A stretch of DNA of 64,000 bases from Squalus acanthias (lineage: Eukaryota). Of this stretch, positions 12,901 to 24,358 are shown one piece after another. Each line of letters opens with the position of its first letter. The first letter of the stretch is position 1. Location: assembly GCA_030390025.1 (NCBI GenBank), contig CM059440.1, positions 67,208,001-67,272,000 on the forward strand, in the 5' to 3' direction. Both the position numbers and the translations under genes were made by a program. Below the pieces are notes generated by a model. It did no database searches and was not told where the DNA came from. It saw only the letters and a list, made by a program, of their open reading frames with translations.

Positions 12901-14346
12901 TCGCATGCTACACTTCGTGCGGTCCCGAAATCTCCCATTCTCTACCGGGGATGTAAAGAAGATGTGCTCGGACTGCAGAGTCTGTGCGGAATTGAAACCT
13001 CAGTTTTTCCGCCCCTCGGGTGGTATACTCATACATGCGACCCAGCCAATGCAACGGCTTAGCATCGATTTTAAGGGGCCGTTGCCCTCTTCAACTCGCA
13101 ACACTTATCTATTGACCATGGTCGATGAGTATTCCCGTTTTCCGTTTGCCTTTCCCTGCCCCAATATGCTGACGACCACGGTTATCAGCTGCCTTGAGCA
13201 GGTATTTGCTTTCTGTGGCATGGCATCCTATGTTCATTCGGATCGGGGCCCTTCTTTTATGTCAGGAGAACTCAAGGCCTATCTCTCGGAACGGGGTATT
13301 GCTGCCAGCAGAACGACGCCTTATCATCCGGTCGGGAATGGGCAAGTCGAGCGTTTTAACGCTATCATCTGGAATGCGGTACGTCTGGCTTTGAGATCTC
13401 GGGGCCTACCCAACCAGCAATGGGAAGCAGTACTTCCAGATGCATTACACTCCACACGGTCCCTCCTTTCGACCGCCACAAATACGACGCCTCATGAACG
13501 GTTCTTCCGATTTCAGCATCGCTCATCCTATGGGATATCTCTCCCGTCGTGGCTGACTGCACCGGGACCAGTGCTACTCCGAAGATATGTCCGGGCGTCT
13601 AAGAATGACCCCCTGGTAGATGAGGTTGAGCTCACTGACGTCAACCCTACCTACGCCTATATTCGGTATCCTGACGGTCGGGAATCTACTGTGTCATTGC
13701 GGGATCTGGCTCCCTGCCCGCCGAAACATAGAGGGACACCAGGGGATGATATTGTACCAGGCACATCTCTGGGCTCGCCAGGTGCCTCTCATCACGATCT
13801 GGATCTGACGCCGGCTGGTACCTCACTCCAGCGTGCCGACCTGGGGCAGACTGACTATGAGCCCGTCGGGGCTCGCACGCGCAGCCACGATCCACCCCGT
13901 ACCATACGCTCGGAAACGGATCTGCCACAGCCCTGCCCGACACCCGTTCGGGCACCAGTACACAGTCAGGATCGTCCTGACCCCTCACAGAGCGGGCTGG
14001 ATCACTCGGACTCTGGTCCACGGCCCGCGGCGGGTAAACGGGCTAGGGGCCCTCTACCGCTACGAGAACCCAAACGGGTGCGGCTCTCCCTCGTCCGGCG
14101 GCTACGAAATGGAGGGAGCATCCCGGCCTCCTAATCTTTTGGGGGGGGAGAATGTGGTAACACAATACAGCTTCCTGTGACTCGAACTTTATTGCATCAC
14201 TTCCTGTGATTAGTCCAGGATAAATACGGGACTGATCAGTTGGATCCTGGAGAGGCATAGAGTAAGACCTCTTTTGTATGTAGCAGCTTTTTAGTTGATT
14301 AAAGCTTACTTTAAGTTCACCACGCGTAAGGCTCATTCTTACGACA
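9906..14346 (+). mobile_element. Intact Ty3/gypsy (Mag-like) LTR retrotransposon
   Basis: 194-bp TG..CA LTRs at 9906-10099 and 14153-14346, identical by eye; 5-bp TSD GACAA (9901-9905, 14347-14351); PPT GGGGGGGGAGAA at 14141-14152. Confidence 0.97.
10178..14134 (+). CDS. Gag-Pol polyprotein (Gag with two Zn knuckles, PR, RT, RNase H, IN), 1318 aa
   Basis: CFFCGDEFHPRKFC and CSHCNKKGHFAKVC; LIDSGS; DLKSAYHQ, LPFG, YLDN; ECDAS; integrase HHCC plus D-D-E (IDFKGP, HSDRG, VERFN). Confidence 0.96.
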   Translation: MENILKPSRLDLDPNTPAAGKVWNHWSRTFDNFLEYCKADDDTKLRILINCVTPNVFQYVEEWGSYEEAIRTLKRLYTKTPNEVYARHLLATAQQGPEESIDKFLQELRRLSMDCNFQAASAELYREEMIRDAFICGLASPFIRQRLLESKTLELQRAYDMACSLDLAKRNADLYTVPRPRSAALTTVRQFKRPQVNSIREDFIPDDQSDDFTDEEDDDPTVAASWQSKKCFFCGDEFHPRKFCPARNAFCSHCNKKGHFAKVCLSRASTRAYQAKSYRTAPVRAYQDVPAKIYRASSRVFSRRNTPRVSATLCATTPITAACPQNLFHAATKASINGHTLDALIDSGSTDSFIREQIVAELKLHVFPSDQAIAMAQSSLNTRISGFCMVEITLNGHRYPSTRLSVLKDLCSDLILGLDFQKQHKKLTIEFGGSKPELTISNIRPRLPFCALSAASLDEPSLFTSIPPRCKPIITKSRRFSQEDQSFIAAEISRLLAEDIIEPCSSPWRAQVVIVKNPLQPHKKRLCIDYSQTINQYTDLDAYPLLRIDDMVNKLAEYTVFSTYDLKSAYHQVPLKVSDKQYTAFEANGRLYQFRRLPFGVTNGVAVFQRAMDDLVKQEDLKDTFPYLDNITVAGRNQREHDANLQRFWDALQHRNLTLNAAKSIESQPTINILGYCVGNGIIKPDPERLRPLQELPPPKNPASLRRALGLFAYYAKWIPNFSDRIQPLLKASTFPLDTAAVAAFNLLKKQLEKAALHSIDESLPFVVECDASEVAISATLNQEGRPVAFLSRTFQGAELHYPPVEKEATAIIEAVRKWTHLLARQHFTLITDQRSVAFMLDNRKRTKIKNNKIQLWRLELASFGYTIHYRPGKENVAPDTLTRAFCSAMAPSTLVDIHDGLCHPGVTRMLHFVRSRNLPFSTGDVKKMCSDCRVCAELKPQFFRPSGGILIHATQPMQRLSIDFKGPLPSSTRNTYLLTMVDEYSRFPFAFPCPNMLTTTVISCLEQVFAFCGMASYVHSDRGPSFMSGELKAYLSERGIAASRTTPYHPVGNGQVERFNAIIWNAVRLALRSRGLPNQQWEAVLPDALHSTRSLLSTATNTTPHERFFRFQHRSSYGISLPSWLTAPGPVLLRRYVRASKNDPLVDEVELTDVNPTYAYIRYPDGRESTVSLRDLAPCPPKHRGTPGDDIVPGTSLGSPGASHHDLDLTPAGTSLQRADLGQTDYEPVGARTRSHDPPRTIRSETDLPQPCPTPVRAPVHSQDRPDPSQSGLDHSDSGPRPAAGKRARGPLPLREPKRVRLSLVRRLRNGGSIPAS

Positions 14347-14576
14347 GACAACCTGCCAGAATTTGCTACGACCAATGGTAGGGTTTAGACCTGTTTTTTT
14401 ACAGGGTCTTCCTGGACATAGTGAATGTATCAGCTTTATCTTTGGGTTCCAGCCAGCTGCTTAAGACGCGTTCATATGAACAGGATTCGTATGGTATAAA
14501 GGCAAATGCCTTGCAGGAGTCCCGTGCTAAAGTTCGGTTTGGGGCCATTATATTTACTAGACAATGATACTACATA

Positions 14577-16919
14577 CAGGAAACTCTCGTTTAAACGGCA
14601 CCTAAATATCCGGAATTCTCTAATAACTGGCAAAATTCATACTCCGAAAACAACACCTCAATAACCGGAAATGTTGCCGAGTCCGAGTCCAAGTCTCCCG
14701 CAGTGGCCGAGTTAGTCAGTGGGGGTAGTTCTTCAAAGTGCCACTACTCTGCTTCCTGGCGCTGTCGGAAGTCCGAACACCTCAATAACAGGAGTCTGAC
14801 TCTCCCGTGCTGCCGGTAGTCTCTTCCGATCTGCCATTTTTCTGTGTGTCTCTCCATCTTTATCATGAATTATCTCCCCCATCTTGCATTATGGAATTCC
14901 CAAAAGTTGGTCAAAGCAAAAGGAAGAGAGTGGTGTTAACTTTAAAACAGAAAATCAAGATATTTCAAAGACTAGAAAGGGGGGAGAAGCGTATCAACAT
15001 TATGAATGAATTCAAAATCGGTTCGGCAACAATCTACGACATCAAACCACAGAAGGATAAGCTGCTCAAGTTTTATTCAAGCTCGGAGACATCTAAGAGT
15101 GTAGAGAAACGGCGTACGCTTCGTAAGCCTAAGCTTGAAGAGCTGGATACCGTGCTTTATGAGTGGTTTTCTCTTAAGCGTTCAGCGGGTGTTCCACTTT
15201 CCGGACCCATGCTAATCGAGAAAGCGAAGGATTTCTACGAAAGGATGGAGCTCACTGACAAGTGTGCTTTCTCCGATGGATGGCTAACGTGCTTCAAGTT
15301 ACGGCACGGGATACGACGACTCGATATTTCCGGGGAGAAGAAATCAGCTGATCACGACGCCGCAGAAGAATACTGCGATTATTTCAATCGGATTGTGCAG
15401 CAACATGATTTGTCGCCAGCACAGATATATAATGCCGATGAAACTGGCTTGTTTTGGAGGTTTTTTCCAGAATCAACGCTTGCTGGGGCTAGTGAGGCTA
15501 ATGCTTCAGGTTACAAGAAAAATAAAGATCGTGTAACCGTGCTAACATGTGCGAACGCTGCTGGATCACACCGGGTTAAACTTCTTGTTATTGGGAAGTA
15601 TAAAAATCCCCGTGCATTTAAAAATGTGAGGCACTTACCTGTTGAGTACAAAGATCAAAAAAATGCTTGGATGCATAAGGAAATCTTTTTGTATTGGTTC
15701 CATCATATTTTTGTTCCATCTGTGAGGGAACATTTCTGTAAAATAGGGAAACCTGAAGATAGCAAATGCATTTTATTGCTTGATAATTGTAGAGCCCATC
15801 CGCATGAATCCGAGTTGGTTTCGGGAAATATTTTCACCATTTATTTGCCACCAAATGTAACTTCTCTCATACAACCCATGGACCAGGGCATTATCCAAAA
15901 TCTCAAGTGTCATTACAAGAAAGACTTCCTACGCAAACTGATAAACCAAGATGACAATATTCACGCATTTCAGAAGGAATACAATCTTAAAGATGCCATC
16001 TTTAGTGTTGCATGTTCCTGGAACTTGGTGAAAGGTCACACTTTGAGACAAGCCTGGCGCAAATTGTGGCCTTCTGTAATGTTTACTGAAGGTTCTTCTT
16101 CAGAGGAGGAATTTCATGTGTTCAATGTTCGTCCCAAGAAGAGTACAATAATGGAAATGGCTGGCATGGTGAAAAATGTAGGCCCAGCAAACCCTCTACG
16201 TCACCTCAGTGAAAGTGATATTGAGCAGTGGGTTGATGCAGATAGAGAAGTTGGTGTTGTGCATATGCTAAGTGATGATGAAATAATTGAGACTGTTTTG
16301 AATCCAGAGAAAGAAAAGGAAAGTGAGATGGAAAGTGAAGAGGATGAGATTTCTGAAGAGAAGAAGATTTCTTGGGCTAAAGCTGCAGAAGGATTTGCTT
16401 CAATCCTCCAATTTGCTGAAAGGCAGCCTTGCTACTCTGCCCAAGAAGTTATGCAACTCCATATTTTGCATTCCACCTTTCTACAGAAAAGGCAAGAGTC
16501 CACTAAGCAAGCAGACATCCGGGACACGTTTAAGAAAGCTTCCAAAAGAGTCGAAGCAGTGGAAGTGACTGAAGAATCTATTGAAGTGCATGATCCTGAT
16601 GAACCAGTTGACTTGGAATAAGTGTACAGTCAACTACAGTACTGTATACAGTCGATTATAAGTTTTGTTTTACTGTTAAGTAATTAAAGAGTTATGGATT
16701 ACCCTCAACTGGCATTACTGTACTTAATCAAGCATCTTCCACCATCCATTTAACACAACATTCTGTCGGGGAGTACCCAATTATACTGCACATTTCTTGA
16801 TTTTTTTATTTTTGTTTGTTAAAAATAGCCTCGGTAGATATACCTCTCCGTTATCCGGAATTTTTAATCAACCGGCACCATCCCGGTCCCGTCGGTGCCG
16901 GATACGAAAGAGTTTCCTG
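14577..16919 (+). mobile_element. Full-length Tigger/pogo (Tc1-mariner superfamily) DNA transposon
   Basis: TIRs CAGGAAACTCT...GGCACC at both ends (imperfect internally); TA duplicated at 14575-76 and 16920-21. Confidence 0.95.
14891..16621 (+). CDS. Tigger/Jerky-like transposase (CENP-B-type HTH plus DDE_1), 576 aa
   Basis: ATG at 14891; [12 protein letters not shown]; WF...SGPMLIEKA; catalytic motifs [29 protein letters not shown]; uninterrupted ORF. Confidence 0.93.
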   Translation: MEFPKVGQSKRKRVVLTLKQKIKIFQRLERGEKRINIMNEFKIGSATIYDIKPQKDKLLKFYSSSETSKSVEKRRTLRKPKLEELDTVLYEWFSLKRSAGVPLSGPMLIEKAKDFYERMELTDKCAFSDGWLTCFKLRHGIRRLDISGEKKSADHDAAEEYCDYFNRIVQQHDLSPAQIYNADETGLFWRFFPESTLAGASEANASGYKKNKDRVTVLTCANAAGSHRVKLLVIGKYKNPRAFKNVRHLPVEYKDQKNAWMHKEIFLYWFHHIFVPSVREHFCKIGKPEDSKCILLLDNCRAHPHESELVSGNIFTIYLPPNVTSLIQPMDQGIIQNLKCHYKKDFLRKLINQDDNIHAFQKEYNLKDAIFSVACSWNLVKGHTLRQAWRKLWPSVMFTEGSSSEEEFHVFNVRPKKSTIMEMAGMVKNVGPANPLRHLSESDIEQWVDADREVGVVHMLSDDEIIETVLNPEKEKESEMESEEDEISEEKKISWAKAAEGFASILQFAERQPCYSAQEVMQLHILHSTFLQKRQESTKQADIRDTFKKASKRVEAVEVTEESIEVHDPDEPVDLE

Positions 16920-17094
16920 TAATAGTATTCACACACGCACGATCATGAAAAGGCATGTTTCTCATAAATAATATAAAAATAGATCGATTTACCTCAATTC
17001 ATAAACATCACTGGATCTACTCGGAGCCATTGACTGGTTTGGGCTCCAAGCAATTGCATGGATTGCAGGGTCCTAACATCACCCCTGAATTTTT

Positions 17095-17515
17095 ATTTAT
17101 TCGTTCATGGGATGTTGGCGTCACTGGCAAGGCCAGCATTTATTGCCCATCCCTAGTTGCCTTGAGAAGGTGGTGGTGAGCCGCCTTCTTGAACCGCTGC
17201 AGTCTGTGTGGTGAAGGTACTCCCACAGTGCTGTTAGGAAGGGAGTTCCAGGATTTTGACCCAGCGATGATGAGGGAACAGCGATATATTTCCAAGTCAG
17301 GATGGTGTGTGACTTGGAGGGGAACTTGGAGGTGGTGGTGTTCCCATGCGCCTGCTGCCCTTGTTCTTCTAGATGGTAGAGGTCGCGGGTTTGGGAGTTG
17401 CTACCGAAGAAACCTTGGCGAGTTGCTGCAGTGCATCTGTAGATGGTACACACTGCAGCCATGGTATGCCGCTGGTGGAGGGAGTGAATGTTTATGGTGG
17501 TGGATGGGGTGTCAA
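17095..17515 (-). mobile_element. CR1/L2-group LINE 3' end
   Basis: Reverse complement of ~5760-6175. Confidence 0.85.
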
Positions 17516-18946
17516 TCAAGCTATTATATAAATGCAAGTTCTTTCTTTCTCTTGATTTCTCAAGTGGAACATCTGTCAAAGTAAAAGTTGAATGTACAGC
17601 AACATTTCTTGTTGCTGCTGGAAGTGCAGAGGGAATGGTCCTCTGTAGCTGACTAAAGTCCTTCAACTTCCCCAGAATGTTTTGCATTTTTTTTTTGACA
17701 CTCACTTTGTTATACACATGAACAGTTTTACTATTATTTACAGTAAGAATGTTCTGTCCTTAAGACACTTTCTTTCTCTGCAATACGATGGAGGGTGTCC
17801 TCAGTGTGAAGACGGGACTTCGTCTCCACAAAGGAAGATGGTTGTGGTGGTTGGAGCTCAATCATCACAGCTGCAGGACATCGCTGCAGGAGTTCGTCAG
17901 GGCAGTGTCCTTGGCCCAACCATCTTCAGCTGCTTCATCAATGACCTTCCCTCCAACATAAGGTCAGAAGTGGGGATGTTCGCTGACGACTGCACAATGT
18001 TCAGTGCCATTCGCAACTACTCAGATAATGAAGCAGTCCATGCCCACATGCAGCAAGACCAGGACGACATTCAGACTTGGGCTGATAAGTAGCAGGTAAC
18101 ATTCGTGCCCCACAAGTGCCAGGCAACGACTATCTCCAAAAAGCGAGCGTCTAACCACCGCCCCTTGACATTCAACGGCATTACCATCGCCGAATCCCCC
18201 ACCATCAATATCCTGGGGGGGTAAACATTGACCAGAAACTTAACTGGACTAGCCACATAAATACTGTGGCAACAAGAGCAGGTTAGAGGCTCGGTATTCT
18301 GCGGCGAGTGACTCACCTCCTGACTCCTGTGGAAGTGTATTTTCTTACTTGGACACAAAATGACTTCCTAGACACAGAATAAGAGATACAAAATGGCCGA
18401 CTCTGACTTGCCTGGGAAAAGATAGTAGTTGTTTATGACTTCTCATGGTGATGAATTTAAACTTTGCAGACTATGCTGTTTTTGCAGCAACTGGTACAGA
18501 ACAAAGAGTCTTCTTCTAATCAACTTGAGATAACCAAGGACTAGTGAAGTAAACATTTAGCCTTTGATTCCAGATGGCATGGTGGGAGGAGAACAAGCAT
18601 CCTCCGTGAGAAGAGATTAGCTAGCCTTATCTCAAGGTATTCCTGCTCCTTTAACCTTTCTGACCTTTTAGAAAGTCCTCCTTAAACATACACATACTCC
18701 TTTTTAACTTGTTTTTGTAGGCGCTATGCTTTTAATCAACTGTGATTTAATACCATGTCATGTGATACAGAAAGCTTGTATTTTCAGTGTATAAAGATGT
18801 TGCATTTTCTGTGATTCTTCAGAGTGTCAAGTAGCCTTTGACTACATGCATTCTCCTTGCGAGCAAGTAAATAATAAAGCCTGTCTTTGACGATACTTTA
18901 TGTTTCAAGAGTCTTACTCGGGAGTCGAAACTTCGACAGTATTTCT

Positions 18947-18964
18947 TGGAGGTTCCACCGAGAT
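18947..18964 (+). promoter_or_regulatory. ERV primer-binding site, tRNA-Gln
   Basis: TGGAGGTTCCACCGAGAT is the reverse complement of the vertebrate tRNA-Gln 3' end (...ATCTCGGTGGAACCTCCA). Confidence 0.85.
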
Positions 18965-19700
18965 CGCTTGCTACCTTTCGGTAAGTCACGGACAAAGGAC
19001 ACCACGAATTCCTAGTGACAAATCCTGAATGGCCACAGTGATGTTTTATCACATAAAAAGGATTTCTCATTAGATACTGAATTGGTGTAGTGTGTTTCTT
19101 CCGACGGGAGTACTGCGATCAGTCAAGATTCACATTTTAGATTTGAGTTGAATCCTGTAACTTTTGTTTCTTTTAATTTTAACGTTAAAAGGAGGAGGAT
19201 ACTGACGGCTCAAGTCTCAAAACTATCGGGCAAAGGAGGCAAAGGAAAAAGTCGGCAGGGTTGCGTCCCGGACTGATAAAAGTACCAGGTTGTGAGAAAG
19301 CGTTTAAAGGTTAAAACTGCAGTATCAAGGGTGGGTCCCTTGAGCCGGAGAAAAGAGTCTTGCGGCAGAAAGGTTTAGATAAGAAACCTTCGTATAGAGT
19401 ATAAGTTGAATGTGAATAGAGTATAAGTTAAATGTTAAGGACTCAGTCTGTTGTGGAGTACAACGCAAACTGAGAATTGACTATTTGTTTAGTTTAAAGT
19501 ATAAGGTTAAATGTTTGATTACTTGATTTGTTTGCCTGTTTGGGCTTTTGCATTCGTTATCATTGTCTTGATTGTTGTTAGTTCTTGTTATTGTTCATCA
19601 CTTGTGGTACTTTGGACGGTCAAACATAATCGTAAGGGGGTAAAGGGTAAAACTTGCGATTTAGAAGAAGAGTGCCTAGTATAATTAAAACCTTACTAAG

Positions 19701-20210
19701 ATGGGAGTTTCGCAGAGCAAGATCCCAGAAAATGGAACTCCAGCTTTTTACATCTTCCAGAACTGTGGTCGGATGTCCACAAGGGATTTGTCTGATTGGT
19801 CTAAATGGACCAAGAATGACAAACACCCGTTCCCCATTGATGGAACCTTTAACCTAGACAGAATTACATGTCTAGAGGACTGTCTCACAAATAGAGACCC
19901 ACAAAGAAAAGGTAAAAAGTCAGTAAATTGGTCAGCCTTTTCAGACTGGAAAAAGGAAGCAGAAAGGCGTAAGGACCGTAGTATACAAGCCAGTAGATCT
20001 GACGTTAAAAATAAGAGAAAAGACCCAGTGAGTAAATTGGCTAAACAAGATGAAGTCAGACAAATGGCTTTAAGACAAACCAAAGATAAAGAAGGAAAAA
20101 GATCTAATTTACCGACATTGAAATCTGAAACTCAGCAAAGAAAAAAAAAGGATTTGGAAAGCCAGGAAAAGCTGCTGAGACGCTTATGTAAAAAAAAGAG
20201 AGAAATTTAA
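19701..20210 (+). pseudogene. gag: ERV gag N-terminus (matrix), truncated
   Basis: MGVSQS myristoylation motif; W..WT...FP.DGTF matrix-like motif of gamma/epsilon retroviruses; no capsid or nucleocapsid follows. Confidence 0.75.
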
Positions 20211-20722
20211 AGTTTTATCGACATGGAAGTTATTAATGTCTGTGTCGAGACAAATAAACACAAGATTTCTTGAGTGAAAGGAATCTTAAAAGGAATGCTG
20301 GGATCTCAGTTTGAGTGAAAGTGTGTGTTAAAAGTATGAAAGTTTTCTTGACTGTGAATGTTTAAGAAGTTACAGTATTTATTTTGTCTGAAAGTCTGTC
20401 TTTAAAAAAAGTGTCTGTCATTTTTGTTTTAGCTTCACCCACTCTTTTGTACAGAGAGCTAAAAGCTGTTTAACCCTTTGAAGACTTGTCTTGAATGATA
20501 GTCAAGCGTGTGTTGTTTTAAGTTTGTTAATTGTTTTACAAAAGATAAGCTTCAGCCTTGAAGTCACAGTTGCCAATGTGCCTGGAAGAAAATGAATTTG
20601 AATGTTTACAAGGCATGGGTAATTGTTTCTTTGTTAATGTGACTATGGTTTTTTTCTTTTCCAAGTGATACTGGTTAGTTTAAAAAAAAATTGATCTGGA
20701 TTGAATTGGAGTTATTGAGGTT

Positions 20723-21153
20723 AACATAGAAACATAGAATCTAGGAGCAGGAGTAGGCCATTCGGCCCGTCGAGCCTGCTCCACCATTCAATACGATCAT
20801 GGCTGATCATCCAAATCCAGTACCCTGTCCCTGCCCCAATCCCCACAGTACACATATCCCACCCCACCCCCGTAACCCCACGCATTTAATTCCCCCTAAC
20901 ATATCCCATCCTATCCCCATAACCCCACATATTTAATACCCCCCTAACACTAAGGGTCAATTTATCATAGCCAAATCAACCTAACCCACACATTTTTGGA
21001 CTGTGGGAGGAAACCGGAGCACCCGGAGGAAACCCACGCAGACACGGGGAGAATGTGCAAACTCCACACAGACAGTCACCCGAGGTCAGATTCGAATCCG
21101 GGTCCCTGGCGCTGTGAGGCACCAGTGCTAACCACTATGCCACCGTGTTGCCC
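20723..21153 (-). mobile_element. HE1-like V-SINE inserted in the ERV
   Basis: On the minus strand: A box TGGCATAGTGG, B box GGATTCGAATC, V-domain-like core (gtgtggagtttgcacattctccccgtgtctgcgtgggtttcctcc), and a CR1-derived tail with (ttctatg) repeats. Confidence 0.85.
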
Positions 21154-21334
21154 GTTAATTAACCTATTAAAACCAGACTTTTATTGTGCACGGTGAAATT
21201 CTGGTTGGTGTAAATTTGTGTAGATTACATTGAATAAGATATTTAATGGTCTGAAACCAGACTTTAAAATATTTACAGTTTTGGATACAGAACGGGTTCT
21301 GATCCATACCATTGGCAGAGGAATCACAAGGGAA

Positions 21335-21725
21335 ATTCACCTTTTCTGTCAGGGATAGACAGTATACATGAACCAGGGTCCCGCAGGGGTTCCACAATAG
21401 TCCAAATATATTCCACCTTGTACTGAGTCAAGCCTTAGACGAGTTAGACCTATCAAATTATTGCTAGCCACCCTCCAGACACTTAAGAAAGCTGGCTTTA
21501 AATTGAACCCAAAAAGGTACAGGTTGGACTGTCCAAAGTAAAGTATCTAGGACACGAAATTAACCAGGGGTATAAGGCACTCCTGCAGAAACAAAGGCAG
21601 CCATAAAAGACATGCCAAGGCCAGTGACCATCTGGGGAGTGAGGAAAGTGTTGGGACTATTTAACTACTGCAGGAATTTTTATATCAGACTTTGCAGGGA
21701 AAGCAGAGCCGATTCAACGGTTAGT
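21335..21725 (+). pseudogene. pol: Retroviral RT fragments
   Basis: FTFSVRDRQYT*TRVPQGFHNSPNIFH; GFKLNPKK; VKYLGHEI; GVRKVLGLFNYCRNF, with deletions and frameshifts. Confidence 0.8.
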
Positions 21726-22559
21726 TAAAGAGGGATCCAGTAGCGAAGGCAATGCCATGATGTGTGGCTACAATAGATTGTGCCCCAAGAATTGAAAAAA
21801 AAAACTTTGAACTACAATTTAAGTTAAGCTGGTGTGTAAAAACTGAGAAGAACAACAAAAAGTTTGTTTAACAAAAGATTAAGTTTCGGTCTAAGATTTA
21901 ACCTTGGAGTCGCAGTTGCTATGGTGAAATCTTCCAAAGCAGTTTGATTTGATTTGCTTAAGTGTGAAAAACTAATTTTTCTCCAGTTATAAGAAATATG
22001 ATGTGATTTATGGTTTTCTACAAGCATGTACTAGTTTGTTTTGTTTTATTTGTTCTGTTCGTGTTCAGTTGAAGTGTGAAAACACAACTGTCTTTTTGGA
22101 TCGGGAAAGTTTTTTAATTTACGTAAAGTGACGCAATTGCGTGCGCCTGACAATGTTTCGCTCCACCTTCTTAAAGACCTGCAAAGGAGTTAACCCTGTC
22201 CACTGACAGCTGATTAAGTTCACCGAGCAACAACTTTAGTATGACATTTAAAGATATTGGACATTATTAAATTTAAGTTTCTTAATTTTAATTTAACATT
22301 TCCCAGAAGGAAAATTATGATTTGATAAATTAACCCCTTGGGCTTTAAGCAGAGTCACAATGGATTCTCTTCTTTCTTTTGTTATATGGAAGTTACCTTG
22401 TAAACTAATTGCAGCACTTCTGTCTCTAATGTTAAAACACTGTGTAAGCCACCTAGCCTGGAAATCACTTGTTTCTGAAATTGGAATTGATAAGATAAAT
22501 TGATAGAAATGAAATTGAACATTGACAAAACCTGTCAGTTCAACAGTACTGCTGTTTGG

Positions 22560-23711
22560 ATTTCGGGATAATTTTGAAATGACAAAATGGACTCAGGCTC
22601 TATATATTGAGATACCAGTATGGCCACTACCCAAGACATCAGAACCATGCGGTGGAAGATGAACAAAGACCTCCAGACAATTTTTTAATAAGATACCTGA
22701 AAGCCCGAGAAAGGCTTGTATCGGATGGCACGTGTGGCACGATATTGAGATACCGATATGAGTGTGCAAATGTGATTTGTTACGTATGAAGCAATTACCA
22801 TCTGGAAATGCATGGTGAATCTGCACTGAAGAACGGGTCTCAGTCTGCTCAGTTACTTGACAACAGCAAAACATGAAATGGTTAATGTGGCTCAGGAGAG
22901 CGAGATAACTTTTAAAGCATTGACACATTCTCCATCGAGAAACTATCTAATTAATGAAACAGAATAGAGTTAAACACACTGGTACCTGTTAGAGGGAGTG
23001 GAAATTGAAGTTGAAGTGGAGAGTTACCTGGAATTTGGATTGGGACAATTGAGGGCTAAGGAGAAATCATGTTTAGTAAGAATTATCCACAATATGGATA
23101 CGAGTAAAAGAGCGATCTGGAGAATCTTTTAAGTCCATGATTTGTTGATTAGATGTTAAACTGTAATGTTGCTTGAAATGATTGTAAGACTGAATTTAAC
23201 TGTGACTGTAATAATTGTGTTTTGTAGGTAACAGAGCGTGGGAAAAACCAGTGCGAATCCAGTATGAGGTGGTTTTGGTGGTGCCTGCTGTGTCACTACT
23301 ACCGCAACTACCATGCTTTACGGGTCTAACAGGACCTGTCCCATCAATCAACACGTTTTACATAATATCGAAACCTATGCTCAAGTGAAACTGACAGTAA
23401 ATGAGGTACTTAAGTATGAGCTGCACAATTATGTGGCACAATTCGGATACGACATTCCCCTGTTGTCTAAGGGTATCAGTGAGCTCATGATGCGACTGAA
23501 CTCCTCCCTAAAGCATTTTTATGTTTTGAAGGAAGACAACTCGGGAATAGATATTGAAATTGACAGCATAGAGGACAACTCACACTGGTGGGATATTGGG
23601 CTTAATACATCGGCACACCCTTACGTTCGTATTATTTCACACGCTCTGGTAGTTATCCAACTTGTAATGATAGTGTATTTGATATATGTAATGTGTGGAG
23701 TAAGACTTTGA
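22560..23711 (+). pseudogene. Remnant of a second, non-gamma-type envelope-like glycoprotein (heptad plus TM C-terminus)
   Basis: ORF 23313-23711 has N-glycosylation sites, a helical stretch, WWD and a C-terminal TM (IISHALVVIQLVMIVYLIYV); upstream fragments are Cys-containing. Identity is inferred. Confidence 0.5.
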
Positions 23712-24358
23712 TACACAAGCCAATTGGGTACTCATGCCCATGACTAACCAGCACTAACAAATTGAGCACACCGAAAGAGAAGATCCGAAGCAATGTAGAG
23801 GAGACCCCAGGCGGGGTAACATCAGGAAAGATAGAAGAAACAGAGGATACCCCAGGCGGGGCAGAATTGGAACACCGGAACAATGAATTGAATTTGAGTA
23901 AGGGGTCAGAGATTGCTCCTTCTCCTCAAAGGAATGGACTGATAACTAACGCCCAAATTGAGAGAGCAATAAGAACTAGCTAGATTAGTCAAGAGCCGAT
24001 TGTGAGAAGTCAATAAGGATATTTCCTTCTCAAAGAAGGGAATTGTAAGAAATAGCTGTTAGATTCAAAGATGGGTTTTAATTCTTAGAACAGAAACTGA
24101 CAACATGCAGCCTGGAACAGATAGCAGAAATGCCAGCAAGGTCGAATATCAAGCATCAAAAGACAAATAGAAGTGATAAGGGAATCGTAAAATGCAAAAC
24201 AGGCTCGAGGGGCTGATTGGCCTACTCCTGCTCCTATTTCTTATGTTCTAACACAGGGTGGGGGAATAATAGACAAAAATGGAGTCGAAAAGTCAAGGAA
24301 AGATCTACCTGGATCCACGCATCCCATTGCAAGAAAGCACCAAACAAGGACTTAAACA

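Noticed and set aside
14807-14890. N-terminal extension of the 604-aa transposase ORF
   Set aside because: It starts at GTG; the first ATG (14891) directly precedes the conserved KRKR-HTH start.
21060-21153. tRNA gene
   Set aside because: The A/B boxes belong to a SINE head continuous with a V-domain and LINE tail.
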